Below the pieces are notes generated by a model. It did no database searches, was not told the origin of the DNA, and worked only from the letters and a program-made list of their open reading frames with translations. This document shows, piece after piece, positions 38,132 through 47,001 of a stretch of DNA of 64,000 bases. The stretch covers positions 1 to 64,000 of the IMG/VR virus record IMGVR_UViG_3300015360_000036; one strand, given 5' to 3'. The position numbers were made by a program, and so were the translations under genes. Source of the stretch: a virus. Position 1 is the first letter of the stretch, and each line of letters begins with the position of its first letter.

Positions 38132-38854
38132 ATGACAACATTTGGTGAAGTTTCTTGGGAAGACGAAATTGTTGGTTCTGATAAAAAACAATCAAATAAT
38201 AAAGATATTTGGTTAAGATTAGATGAGGGCTCAAATGAGCTAAGACTAGTCACTCAGCCACATCAGTACTTAGTTCATAAGTACAAGAAGGACGAGAACG
38301 ATAAGAGAGATTTCGGTAGAAAAGTATCATGTTCAGCCATTCATGGTAGCTGCGTACTTTGTGATGCCGGAGATAAAGCCAAGCCACGTTGGTTGCTAGG
38401 TGTAATTAGCCGTAAGACTGGATCTTACAAGATTCTAGATATTTCATTTGCAGTTTTCTCACAAGTTAGAAAACTTGCAAGAAACACTCAACGTTGGGGT
38501 GACCCAACCAAGTATGACTTGGATATCGTAGTAGATAAGAATGGTGGAGCAGCTGGTTACTACTCAGTTCAACCAATTTCAAAGGAGCCACTATCGGCTG
38601 CTGATCAACTCATCAAAGATGATGCTGATCTAGAAGAGTTGAAGGCGAAGGTAACACCTCCAACTCCAGATGTTGTTCAGAAGATCATTGCTAAAATCAA
38701 TGGTGCTGACACTTCCGGTGGCGCTCCTGTAAAGAAAGCAACTGTTGCTACGGCTGCTCATGTTGCGGCAAAATCAGCACCTAAGGTTGCACCAGTAAGT
38801 ATGTCTGATGATGAAGAGATTGATGAGACCTTCCCAGCATACGATGCTAAGTAA
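38132..38854 (+). CDS. single-stranded DNA-binding protein (gp32-like)
   Basis: WLRL..G.NELRL, H/C Zn ligands (CSAIHGSCVLC), GDPTKYDL, acidic tail; strong RBS and terminator. Confidence 0.7.
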   Translation: MTTFGEVSWEDEIVGSDKKQSNNKDIWLRLDEGSNELRLVTQPHQYLVHKYKKDENDKRDFGRKVSCSAIHGSCVLCDAGDKAKPRWLLGVISRKTGSYKILDISFAVFSQVRKLARNTQRWGDPTKYDLDIVVDKNGGAAGYYSVQPISKEPLSAADQLIKDDADLEELKAKVTPPTPDVVQKIIAKINGADTSGGAPVKKATVATAAHVAAKSAPKVAPVSMSDDEEIDETFPAYDAK

Positions 38855-38880
38855 GCATCAAGAAAATAAGTGATTGATAA

Positions 38881-38915
38881 AGAGGGACCATGGCGTAAGC
38901 CTCGGTCCCTTTTCT
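38881..38915 (+). terminator. intrinsic terminator after ssb
   Basis: AGGGACC..GGC-GTAA-GCC..GGTCCCT followed by TTT. Confidence 0.8.
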
Positions 38916-38946
38916 AGTTTCTGCTTATCATGTTATATTCCAGTGT

Positions 38947-39534
38947 ATGATTAAAAAAATTTTAGGATTTGATGCAAGTTCCACTACTATTGGCTGGGCT
39001 TGTCTTGAAATCAATGATATTGATAATTCAATAGTACATAAAAATTCTGGTTTTATTAAGCCTCCTAAAAAGGGTAATATAATCGAACGAATATACAAAA
39101 CAAGAGCTGAAGTTCAGAAGGTAATTGATTTGTATAAGCCTGATCATATAGGAATAGAAGAAATTATACAATTTATGCAGGGAAAAAGTACAGCAAAAAC
39201 AATTATTATGTTAACAACGTTTAATCGCATGGTTGGATTAGTGTCATATGATTCTTTGGGTGTAACACCGGAGTTTTTCAATGTTATGTCGATTAGACAT
39301 GGATTAAAATTAAATAAAGATTTGCCAAAAAAAGAAGATATGCCAGATCTTGTTTCACAGCATTTAGGCATTACATTCCCTTATCAGTATAAAAAGACTG
39401 GTAAACCAATTGAAGAAAATTATGATAGAGCAGACGGAATTGCAGTTGCTCTATATTACGCATTAGTATTGACTGGTAAAGTAAAACGAAAAATAAAGAA
39501 ACCAAAAGATAAGAAGAGTAAGGTGACGAAGTGA
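38947..39534 (+). CDS. RuvC-like Holliday junction resolvase
   Basis: ILGFDASSTTIGWA, IGIEE, KKEDM, DRADGIAVA. Confidence 0.85.
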   Translation: MIKKILGFDASSTTIGWACLEINDIDNSIVHKNSGFIKPPKKGNIIERIYKTRAEVQKVIDLYKPDHIGIEEIIQFMQGKSTAKTIIMLTTFNRMVGLVSYDSLGVTPEFFNVMSIRHGLKLNKDLPKKEDMPDLVSQHLGITFPYQYKKTGKPIEENYDRADGIAVALYYALVLTGKVKRKIKKPKDKKSKVTK

Positions 39535-40448
39535 ATTTACAAGAAGCGTATAAAACTCTGGATTTGACACCGGGCACGTCGAAGGATGATGCCAAGAAGA
39601 AATATCGGGAGCTTACTAAAAAGTACCATCCTGATATAAATAAGGAGCCCGGAGCCGAGGATAAGTTTAAAAAAATAAATGAAGCTTATTCATGTGTTCA
39701 AGCTGGAAAAGGTAATGAGCCACAAAGACAATCAAGCAATCCATTTGGCAGGCAAACGTATCATAACCAAGAAAATATTCAACTTAATGTAACAATATCA
39801 TTTGCTGAATCTATATTAGGCTGTGAAAGACATTTTAAATTCAATAGGAAAGCAAAATGTAACTTATGTAATGGTAAAGGTGAAATTAATTTGCATAATG
39901 GGTGTGATAAATGTGAAGGTAAAGGCTTAATTGTAACCAGACAAGGTAATGCTATCTATAGTAGGACTTGTGATAAATGCTATGGTAAAACTGACACTCA
40001 ATCTTGTAATGCATGTAACGCTGATGGTAGTGTTGATACCGATACTTCTATAAAGGTAACAATTCCAGGTGGAGTACAAAGCGGCAATATACTTCAATTA
40101 GCGGGTATGGGACATTTTGTTGGTTCTTTTATGCATATGGATCAACGAACTGATGCTCATGTTCATATTTTAGTTACACCAGAACCAGGGCTTTCTCTAT
40201 CTGGAGCTACTGTTGTATGTGATTTGCAGTTAAGTTTGATAGATGCCATTAAAGGTTGTAAGAGAACAGTAAAAACTGTTTTAGGTGATAAGGAAGTTGA
40301 AATTCCGGCACAATCAAGGAATAAAGATATAGTGGTAATACCAAACATGGGTGTAAACCGTGTTGGAGATCAAAATGTAGTCTTGGATGTTAGATATTCT
40401 GAGCAGATTCTAAATATGATAGATAAACTAATGGATGGAGTAGAGTAA
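39531..40448 (+). CDS. dnaJ: DnaJ chaperone
   Basis: J domain with YHPD, four CxxCxGxG-type repeats, C-terminal domains. Confidence 0.93.
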   Translation: MNLQEAYKTLDLTPGTSKDDAKKKYRELTKKYHPDINKEPGAEDKFKKINEAYSCVQAGKGNEPQRQSSNPFGRQTYHNQENIQLNVTISFAESILGCERHFKFNRKAKCNLCNGKGEINLHNGCDKCEGKGLIVTRQGNAIYSRTCDKCYGKTDTQSCNACNADGSVDTDTSIKVTIPGGVQSGNILQLAGMGHFVGSFMHMDQRTDAHVHILVTPEPGLSLSGATVVCDLQLSLIDAIKGCKRTVKTVLGDKEVEIPAQSRNKDIVVIPNMGVNRVGDQNVVLDVRYSEQILNMIDKLMDGVE

Positions 40449-40786
40449 TGGCATTTTCAACAAATTGTACTAACAAAGGCTGCGGTAAACTTCAAGAGCC
40501 ATATCTTGATCCTAATGATGATAAGGTATATTGCTCTGCATGTGATAAAGAAATATTGAATTTAACATATTTTGCTAAAGCTCAAATGAAAAGCTCAAAG
40601 CAGTATAAACAAAAGACTGCTGTAGCATTTGGTGTTAAGTGTAGTAAATGTGGTAAAGAAGGTAGACCCAAAATCAAAGATGATGAGGTTGTATGTGGCT
40701 CTTGTTTGAAAGAACTAGATAATCTTAGTTTACCATTTAAGAATATGTTGAAACAGAAACTCAGAACGGTGGATAAAGATATCTAA
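40448..40786 (+). CDS. double zinc-ribbon protein
   Basis: CTNKGC/CSAC and CSKC/CGSC; coupled to the primase gene. Confidence 0.65.
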   Translation: MAFSTNCTNKGCGKLQEPYLDPNDDKVYCSACDKEILNLTYFAKAQMKSSKQYKQKTAVAFGVKCSKCGKEGRPKIKDDEVVCGSCLKELDNLSLPFKNMLKQKLRTVDKDI

Positions 40787-41541
40787 TGCTTGATAATATA
40801 ATAGAGAGCTGTCAGTATCTATTAAATAATTATCCAGATGCTCAGGCTTGTCGTGATTATCTTGATTCAAGGTTAAATACCGAAAGTCAATCCTTCTTTC
40901 AATTCGGATATTTTCCAAATGAATCTAATATTAAAGTTTTAACTACAATTATTGGTGATGATACATTGAGATCTTTAGAATTAGAATATTCTAAAGATAT
41001 TGAAGATGCATTATCTCCAAGGAAAATAAACTTTTCATTCTTTGAAAATTATCCAATTGTAATGCCTTTTAAAGATGCTTATGGAAAAATAGTAGCGATT
41101 GTTGGCAGAACATTATTATCAGAAGAAGAAAGAAAAGAAAAAAAGATAGCTAAATATAAGAATACAAAATTTACTAAAGGTAACAATTTATTTGGTTTAT
41201 ACGAAAATAAACAACATATTATTGAACAAGACTCAGTTTATATTGTCGAAGGACAGTTTGATGTTATCAAAGCAAATGAGAAGGGATTAAGAAATATTGT
41301 AGCTTTAGGTAGCGGAAATATGACTCCCTATCAATTTTCCATCATTAGCAGATACACTAATAACATATTTTTGTTATTAGATAATGATGAGGCTGGTGTA
41401 AAAGGCAGAAAAGCCATAATTAAAAAGTATGGTTCACTAGCTAATATTCGTGATTTTTATTTATCTGATGAGTACAAAGATGTTGACGAATTCTTTTCAG
41501 CGAATGAGTTAAGTGATCTTACTTTTAAGGTAAAGGGATAA
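40786..41541 (+). CDS. dnaG: DnaG primase catalytic core without zinc-binding domain
   Basis: YLDSR, FGY, GRTL, KYKN, LFGL, IVEGQFDV, LDNDEAG, KDVDE. Confidence 0.9.
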   Translation: MLDNIIESCQYLLNNYPDAQACRDYLDSRLNTESQSFFQFGYFPNESNIKVLTTIIGDDTLRSLELEYSKDIEDALSPRKINFSFFENYPIVMPFKDAYGKIVAIVGRTLLSEEERKEKKIAKYKNTKFTKGNNLFGLYENKQHIIEQDSVYIVEGQFDVIKANEKGLRNIVALGSGNMTPYQFSIISRYTNNIFLLLDNDEAGVKGRKAIIKKYGSLANIRDFYLSDEYKDVDEFFSANELSDLTFKVKG

Positions 41542-41594
41542 TAGTAGTGATAACTATCAATATCAGAATCTATGTATAAAACCTTATAATAGTT

Positions 41595-42431
41595 ATGATA
41601 TATTTGTACAAAATAAGCAACATTGTTAATGGTAAAATGTATATAGGTCAAACTAATAATCCAAATTTACGATGGTCACAGCATAAATCTAATGCTAAGT
41701 ATAATAGAGGGAATCAAGTTATAACTAGAGCTATAACTAAATATGGACAAGATAAGTTTACATTTGAAGTAATAGCATTTTGTTTAACAAAAGAAAATGC
41801 TGATTTGTCAGAACAAGATATTATAATACAATATGATTGCCTTGATCCAATGAAAGGTTATAATATTGCTGCTGGCGGCAATACTTCTGTAAAAACTAAA
41901 GAAGTCTTACAAAAAATTTCTGATGGTCTTAAAAAACATTATGAAACTAATGATGGCTGGAATAAAGGCGGTACTCTTTCAGAAGAGTGGAAGCATAATA
42001 TATCCATTGCCTCTATAGGTAAAGAGGGTACAAACATTGGTAAAAAATTTAATGATGATTGGAAAATTAAAATGTCCAAGTCATCATCTGGAAAAGATAA
42101 AAAATCAAGACGAAGGTTCTCTGATGAGGTTGAAAAGGAAATATGTGAATTATATGTTAATGAAAACAAATCTACATATTTTTTAGAAAAGAAATATTTA
42201 TGTAATAGGTCTGTTATTAAGTCTATATTAATTCGAAACAGTATAGAAATAAGAATATCGAATTATACTGGACACTCTAATGGTAAAAATATTTTTACCA
42301 TTGAACAAGAAATAGAAATATGTAAAAAATATATTGCTGGCAACATATCTAGATCAGAACTAGCCAGACAATTTAATTGTGGAAAAACAACGATAAGGGA
42401 TATGTTGTTGAAACACAATATTAGACTATAA
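41595..42431 (+). CDS. GIY-YIG homing endonuclease with NUMOD3/HTH modules
   Basis: IYLYKI.N.VNGKMYIGQT, RW.QH, GYN; C-terminal HTH repeats. Confidence 0.9.
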   Translation: MIYLYKISNIVNGKMYIGQTNNPNLRWSQHKSNAKYNRGNQVITRAITKYGQDKFTFEVIAFCLTKENADLSEQDIIIQYDCLDPMKGYNIAAGGNTSVKTKEVLQKISDGLKKHYETNDGWNKGGTLSEEWKHNISIASIGKEGTNIGKKFNDDWKIKMSKSSSGKDKKSRRRFSDEVEKEICELYVNENKSTYFLEKKYLCNRSVIKSILIRNSIEIRISNYTGHSNGKNIFTIEQEIEICKKYIAGNISRSELARQFNCGKTTIRDMLLKHNIRL

Positions 42432-42439
42432 GGAACAAT

Positions 42440-42880
42440 ATGGAAAAGAGACAGAATCGCTCAGATAAGTACCAATATGTACTCCTCGAAACAGTATGTA
42501 GTAATGATATGATGGAAGCTTTTTGTAATGAAGATAGTATTTACAATAGACTTAATCCTAATCATTATGATGAAGATCTAATGAATCTGGAGGATAAGCT
42601 TAAAGTTGAATTTTGGAGAGTCGTAGATACGTTGTTAACCACAAGGCAGAGAGAAGTTATTAGACTTTATGCAGATGGCTATACTCAAATGGAGATTGCT
42701 AAAATGCTTCATGTCAATCAATCCTCTATTACTAAGTCTTTGAATGGTAATGTTGATTACAAAAACGGCAAAAAAATCTACGGTGGGGCGAGAAAAAAAA
42801 TTAGAAAGATCATAGAAAATGATGATAAGATCAAAGAAATTCTGGATCAGATGTCAGCAGTTCGTGACGAAAAGTGGTAA
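42440..42880 (+). CDS. sigma70 region-4-only HTH protein
   Basis: LTTRQREVIRLYADGYTQMEIAKMLHVNQSSI...ARKKIRK; no region 2 visible. Confidence 0.75.
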   Translation: MEKRQNRSDKYQYVLLETVCSNDMMEAFCNEDSIYNRLNPNHYDEDLMNLEDKLKVEFWRVVDTLLTTRQREVIRLYADGYTQMEIAKMLHVNQSSITKSLNGNVDYKNGKKIYGGARKKIRKIIENDDKIKEILDQMSAVRDEKW

Positions 42881-42911
42881 GAAAAATAGGTGTTAGCCCG
42901 TAAGGCGATAT

Positions 42912-43805
42912 ATGAAGCAATGTTTAAAATGTAATAAAACTAAAAATGATGATTGTTATGTTGTCCAAAGTAAAGCTAGTGATGGTCTTTTTCCATGGTG
43001 TAAGGAATGTCACAAAGAATATAGAAAAAGTAAATATAACGAAGACAAGCGGAAAAGTTTAAATTATACAAATAGTAAGCGCAAATTACGTATTAAATGG
43101 CTTCAAGAATTAAAATCGAATACACCATGTACTGATTGTAAAGAAATTTATGATCCATGGTGTATGGATTTTGATCACATTGCATCTCTTGGCGAAAAAG
43201 TAAGTGGTGTTTCAAGGATGGTATTAGAAAATAGATCAAAAGATTCAATTTTGGAAGAAATTAAAAAATGTGAATTGGTTTGTTTACTGTGTCACAATAG
43301 AAGGACTAATAATAGATTGAATGATACGCTAGGCAGCACTAGAAAATATGGGTTGCATGAGCAAAGAAATATTGATGTGATCAATAAATTCAAAAATAAT
43401 CAATGCTCTATTTGCAGTAAACAATATGAAACGTTTAATATGCAATGTGATCATATCAATCCATCAGAAAAATTATTTGATATTAGTGCTTTAAAAAGCC
43501 GAAAGCTTGAAACATTAGAATTAGAACTAGCTAAATGTCAGGTTTTATGTGCATTATGCCATAGACAAAAATCTATTAATGAACAAAAATATAATAAATA
43601 TAGTTCTGATAGACCAAAGTTCGTAAAGAAAAAGGAATTGCATTTCGACCCAATTACCGATACGAAAGAATGTGGTAAATGTAATCTTATGAAACATAGG
43701 TCTCTATTCCGTTTAAATAAGAATACAATATCAAAAATGGACACTTATTGTAAAGAGTGTTTTAATGTTTATAGAAAAGAGAATAGGCGTAAGAAGAAAA
43801 TGTAA
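42912..43805 (+). CDS. tandem double HNH endonuclease with terminal Zn modules
   Basis: two C..C...DH...KC..vC..CH units; N- and C-terminal CxxC...CKEC modules. Confidence 0.85.
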   Translation: MKQCLKCNKTKNDDCYVVQSKASDGLFPWCKECHKEYRKSKYNEDKRKSLNYTNSKRKLRIKWLQELKSNTPCTDCKEIYDPWCMDFDHIASLGEKVSGVSRMVLENRSKDSILEEIKKCELVCLLCHNRRTNNRLNDTLGSTRKYGLHEQRNIDVINKFKNNQCSICSKQYETFNMQCDHINPSEKLFDISALKSRKLETLELELAKCQVLCALCHRQKSINEQKYNKYSSDRPKFVKKKELHFDPITDTKECGKCNLMKHRSLFRLNKNTISKMDTYCKECFNVYRKENRRKKKM

Positions 43806-43811
43806 TCGATA

Positions 43812-43864
43812 TAGTATGGCTGAACCCAAAGAGGTGCAAGAGCACTTAGGAGTCAGCCATGCTA
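43812..43864 (+). promoter_or_regulatory. hairpin sequestering the AUG and enclosing the SD of ORF 43859
   Basis: TAGTATGGCTGA pairs with TCAGCCATGCTA (12 bp, one GU); inner AGGTGC/GCACTT stem. Confidence 0.65.
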
Positions 43865-44575
43865 AGAATAATAGAAACATTTAATAATTTACCACAAGCA
43901 TATCAAGTAGACCCAGATTCCAATTTCGAACCTGGGCAAATCGGCTCTTTAAGAGTCAGGAGCGGTAATGTTGTTGTCGGTATATCTGATGGATTGCATC
44001 CAGAAGGTATTATCGATGACATCAAAACCGAGAAATATAGGACTGTCAAGTGGGAAGAAGAGATAATTGCTAGTGTAGAAGACTTTGGAATGAAAGATTC
44101 TGCCGTTACTACAGCTAAAGATATTAAGTGCCAACTTGAAAAGTCTCACATAATTGTAAAATCATTTATTTCAACTGTACCTGTTACATTAATTCCTATG
44201 AATGGAGTGGTTATTATTCCAGCAGGTACAATATGTAATCATGTATTAGATACGAGTAATAATTTTGCTAATGCAATACGATTTAGCTGTAATTATGCTT
44301 ATAATATTCCAGCAAATTATGATGATAGTACTGTCAGTAGCGGTAGAGTTACTGTATGGAATAAAATGATGATTGCTGAAACTGACATGTTTGACACAAC
44401 TGCCAAATACGATAGATACTCTAGTTTGTATACTATCAATGGGTTATTAACTACCAATAGACCTAGCTATGAGTGTAAATGTATTGGTTTTGTTCTTAAC
44501 GAACCAAAAAGTAACTATGCTGTGGTTAGATTTATGTTTGATCCAGAAGGTAAAGTACAAACGGGTAGTAAATGA
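43859..44575 (+). CDS. putative virion structural protein (capsid cement/decoration-like)
   Basis: beta-rich; FEPGQI, GIIDD, SGRVTVW, ETDMFD, LY..NGLLT, IGFV pattern; inference. Confidence 0.4.
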   Translation: MLRIIETFNNLPQAYQVDPDSNFEPGQIGSLRVRSGNVVVGISDGLHPEGIIDDIKTEKYRTVKWEEEIIASVEDFGMKDSAVTTAKDIKCQLEKSHIIVKSFISTVPVTLIPMNGVVIIPAGTICNHVLDTSNNFANAIRFSCNYAYNIPANYDDSTVSSGRVTVWNKMMIAETDMFDTTAKYDRYSSLYTINGLLTTNRPSYECKCIGFVLNEPKSNYAVVRFMFDPEGKVQTGSK

Positions 44576-44772
44576 GAACTAAAGTAGACAAAGCTATCAG
44601 TCTAATGAAAGTCCTAGAAATTCCATATACTGGTATTCTAAATAATAAGACTGAAGACGGTAAGTATCATATTACAAGCTCAGTTAAGGTTGAGGCATTG
44701 TATGACATTCTTATGGATGAAGAAAAATTAAAGATTATACTGTCTAAGCTAAAGAACAAAGCGTTCTGGTGA
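44572..44772 (+). CDS. small hypothetical protein ending KLKNKAFW
   Basis: coupled ORF. Confidence 0.6.
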   Translation: MRTKVDKAISLMKVLEIPYTGILNNKTEDGKYHITSSVKVEALYDILMDEEKLKIILSKLKNKAFW

Positions 44773-44866
44773 CGATATAGAACTATCAATATAGGTAATA
44801 AATTATGAGATAGTATCAATATTTCTCTATCTATAATGAAACATATTCTATTTAATGGGAGACGTA

Positions 44867-45328
44867 ATGTCAAATTTCAAGATCGATTACTCAGGCTTAG
44901 CTGACAGAGTTACTAAGAGAGCCTACAAATTAGAAGATGTCAAAAACCAAATTGAGAAGGTAGCCTTCGATATCGTCCGTTTCAAAGATGGTGATAAGGG
45001 TGCTGACTTATGGCAAGTACAAAGTGCAGACGATGGTGAACAATACATCGTGTCTTTATATGAACTAGAGGCTGAGGTTAAGACTTCTGCTGACTGGAGT
45101 GTTACTATTAGTAAAACTGCGGGTGAAATTCAAGTTTCATATAAAGGTGACCCTTTGGTAAGAATTGCATCCTCTAGACTTGGTATTCCAGTAAGCGAAC
45201 TACATAAGGTAGAGAGCTATTTGCCATCAAAATTGGCAGAAAACAAGAAATTAGTTAAGGCTCTACTAAATGAGCTTAACAAATCAGCTAAAGAAGAAGT
45301 ATTAAGTAAATACCCTGAGTTGGTCTAA
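44867..45328 (+). CDS. hypothetical head-module protein
   Basis: GGAG RBS before ATG 44867. Confidence 0.6.
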   Translation: MSNFKIDYSGLADRVTKRAYKLEDVKNQIEKVAFDIVRFKDGDKGADLWQVQSADDGEQYIVSLYELEAEVKTSADWSVTISKTAGEIQVSYKGDPLVRIASSRLGIPVSELHKVESYLPSKLAENKKLVKALLNELNKSAKEEVLSKYPELV

Positions 45329-45348
45329 TTATATAGAATAGGTGTTAA

Positions 45349-46959
45349 ATGAGCCTCGACAAAATGAAACAAATGGTTACTTCTCTAGCTAATAGAATAG
45401 AGAACAGTGAAAAGATAGCCGTCCCATTATTGGCTGCCAAATTAGCTAAGTGTTCAGAAGCCTATCCACATGACCAAACAATTGGTTCAATGTCTAGGGT
45501 TATTGAAAAAATGGCTTCAAACAATTCTCTTTTCATCAGCAAAGCGGATTTACAGTCATTATACACAAAACTTTATTCAAACAACACAAAGTTCGCTAAA
45601 TTATTTGAATCTGAACTAGGTGGTGATATTAGTTATGAGCCTGCTCGTAAAGAGTATGCTCGTGACGAAGCAACAGAGTTGAATACATATCAAGTTGGTG
45701 ATTCAATCTTAGCAAATGCTTTAAACAGCGTTTTCGATAAGACAATCCCATTGAAAATGTATTCTCAAGAAGTTGCTAACAAAGCAATGAACTCAGTTGC
45801 ATCTGTTTTAGACTCATCTAATTTAAATCCAACAACATTAACTGTTGATAATGGGAGTGATAAGTTTATCGTTGTTAGAGCTAGTTATGAAACCCCAAAG
45901 GGAGTAACTAGTTTTTATGTACCAGTAGAAGTAAGTGGTAATAAAATTGCAGAAGCTTCTGTATTTATGGGTAATTCAGGTCCACAAGAGATTACTTATG
46001 CTAATCTAAAAAGATATCTTACCACGACCGCAGGCATGAAGCTAAAAGTCACAGCATCTATGGTTCTAGACGCTCTTACAAAGGCATCTTCAGAGAATAG
46101 AGTTGTCAGTGATGCTGAGATGGCTTTAATCAAATTAAATGCCACCAGAGAAGGCAAGTCTGAATTCTTCCAAAATCAAGTTGTAGGATTAAAAGTATCC
46201 GAAGCATCTGCAAAAGATGTGGAACTTCCAAAATCTAATGAATTTGAATCATTCGAAAAGAAGTTTAACTCACCTCAAGGTCTTGCAACCTTTCAATTTG
46301 GTGCAGAAACACTTAAAACCGCAAGAGATTCAGTTGCTAGAGATGTAGTCGGATTTGGCTATAAGAATCCACAAATTACTGTTACTGGTAGCGACGAAAA
46401 GACTGTATTTTATGGCGTTTCATTAGATGCAGGCAAAGTTGCTTTTACCGTACCAGTTAAAATTGCTGGTGGTAAAATTAGTAAACCAAATGTAATGTTA
46501 TGTCAAGGTTCAGTATCTACTTTCAATAAGGATAGCATCAATGCACTTTATGTCAATAACCAAACTGACTATAAAGTAGCTGCTGCTGCATCACCATTGT
46601 TTGGTCTTAAGCCAAGTGATTTAGTAAATAGTATTAGAACAGCATTGAGTGAAGGTAATCATTCTAAAGCTGAAGATGCTCTTAATGTATTAGCTCAAGC
46701 TGGCGATGTTAAGGCATATGCAGCAGGTTTCGGTGTCTATATGAGTGGTTTATCTAATAAGACAGCATCGGCTCCAGAGCCAAGTTGTGCAATGATTGTA
46801 AAAAGCTCAGTAAGTGAACATGTAATGTGTGGACATACAGGATTACCAGTTCATAAAGTTTATCAAGATCAACATGGTAACTGTCGCCCTCTTTACAGAA
46901 GAGGAATGGACGAGACCTATGAATGTGCTAGTTTCATGAACGCTAAAATTCTTGGATAA
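45349..46959 (+). CDS. putative structural/head protein
   Basis: internally repeated F.VPV.I.G.K...P.V/M motif; C-terminal C/H cluster. Confidence 0.5.
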   Translation: MSLDKMKQMVTSLANRIENSEKIAVPLLAAKLAKCSEAYPHDQTIGSMSRVIEKMASNNSLFISKADLQSLYTKLYSNNTKFAKLFESELGGDISYEPARKEYARDEATELNTYQVGDSILANALNSVFDKTIPLKMYSQEVANKAMNSVASVLDSSNLNPTTLTVDNGSDKFIVVRASYETPKGVTSFYVPVEVSGNKIAEASVFMGNSGPQEITYANLKRYLTTTAGMKLKVTASMVLDALTKASSENRVVSDAEMALIKLNATREGKSEFFQNQVVGLKVSEASAKDVELPKSNEFESFEKKFNSPQGLATFQFGAETLKTARDSVARDVVGFGYKNPQITVTGSDEKTVFYGVSLDAGKVAFTVPVKIAGGKISKPNVMLCQGSVSTFNKDSINALYVNNQTDYKVAAAASPLFGLKPSDLVNSIRTALSEGNHSKAEDALNVLAQAGDVKAYAAGFGVYMSGLSNKTASAPEPSCAMIVKSSVSEHVMCGHTGLPVHKVYQDQHGNCRPLYRRGMDETYECASFMNAKILG

Positions 46960-47001
46960 AAAATGAAGATATACAGAGGATAAAAAATGAAAATATACAG
47001 A
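46954..47001 (+). repeat. 24-bp tandem duplication of a gene junction
   Basis: GGATAAAAAATGAAGATATACAGA followed by GGATAAAAAATGAAAATATACAGA. Confidence 0.85.
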
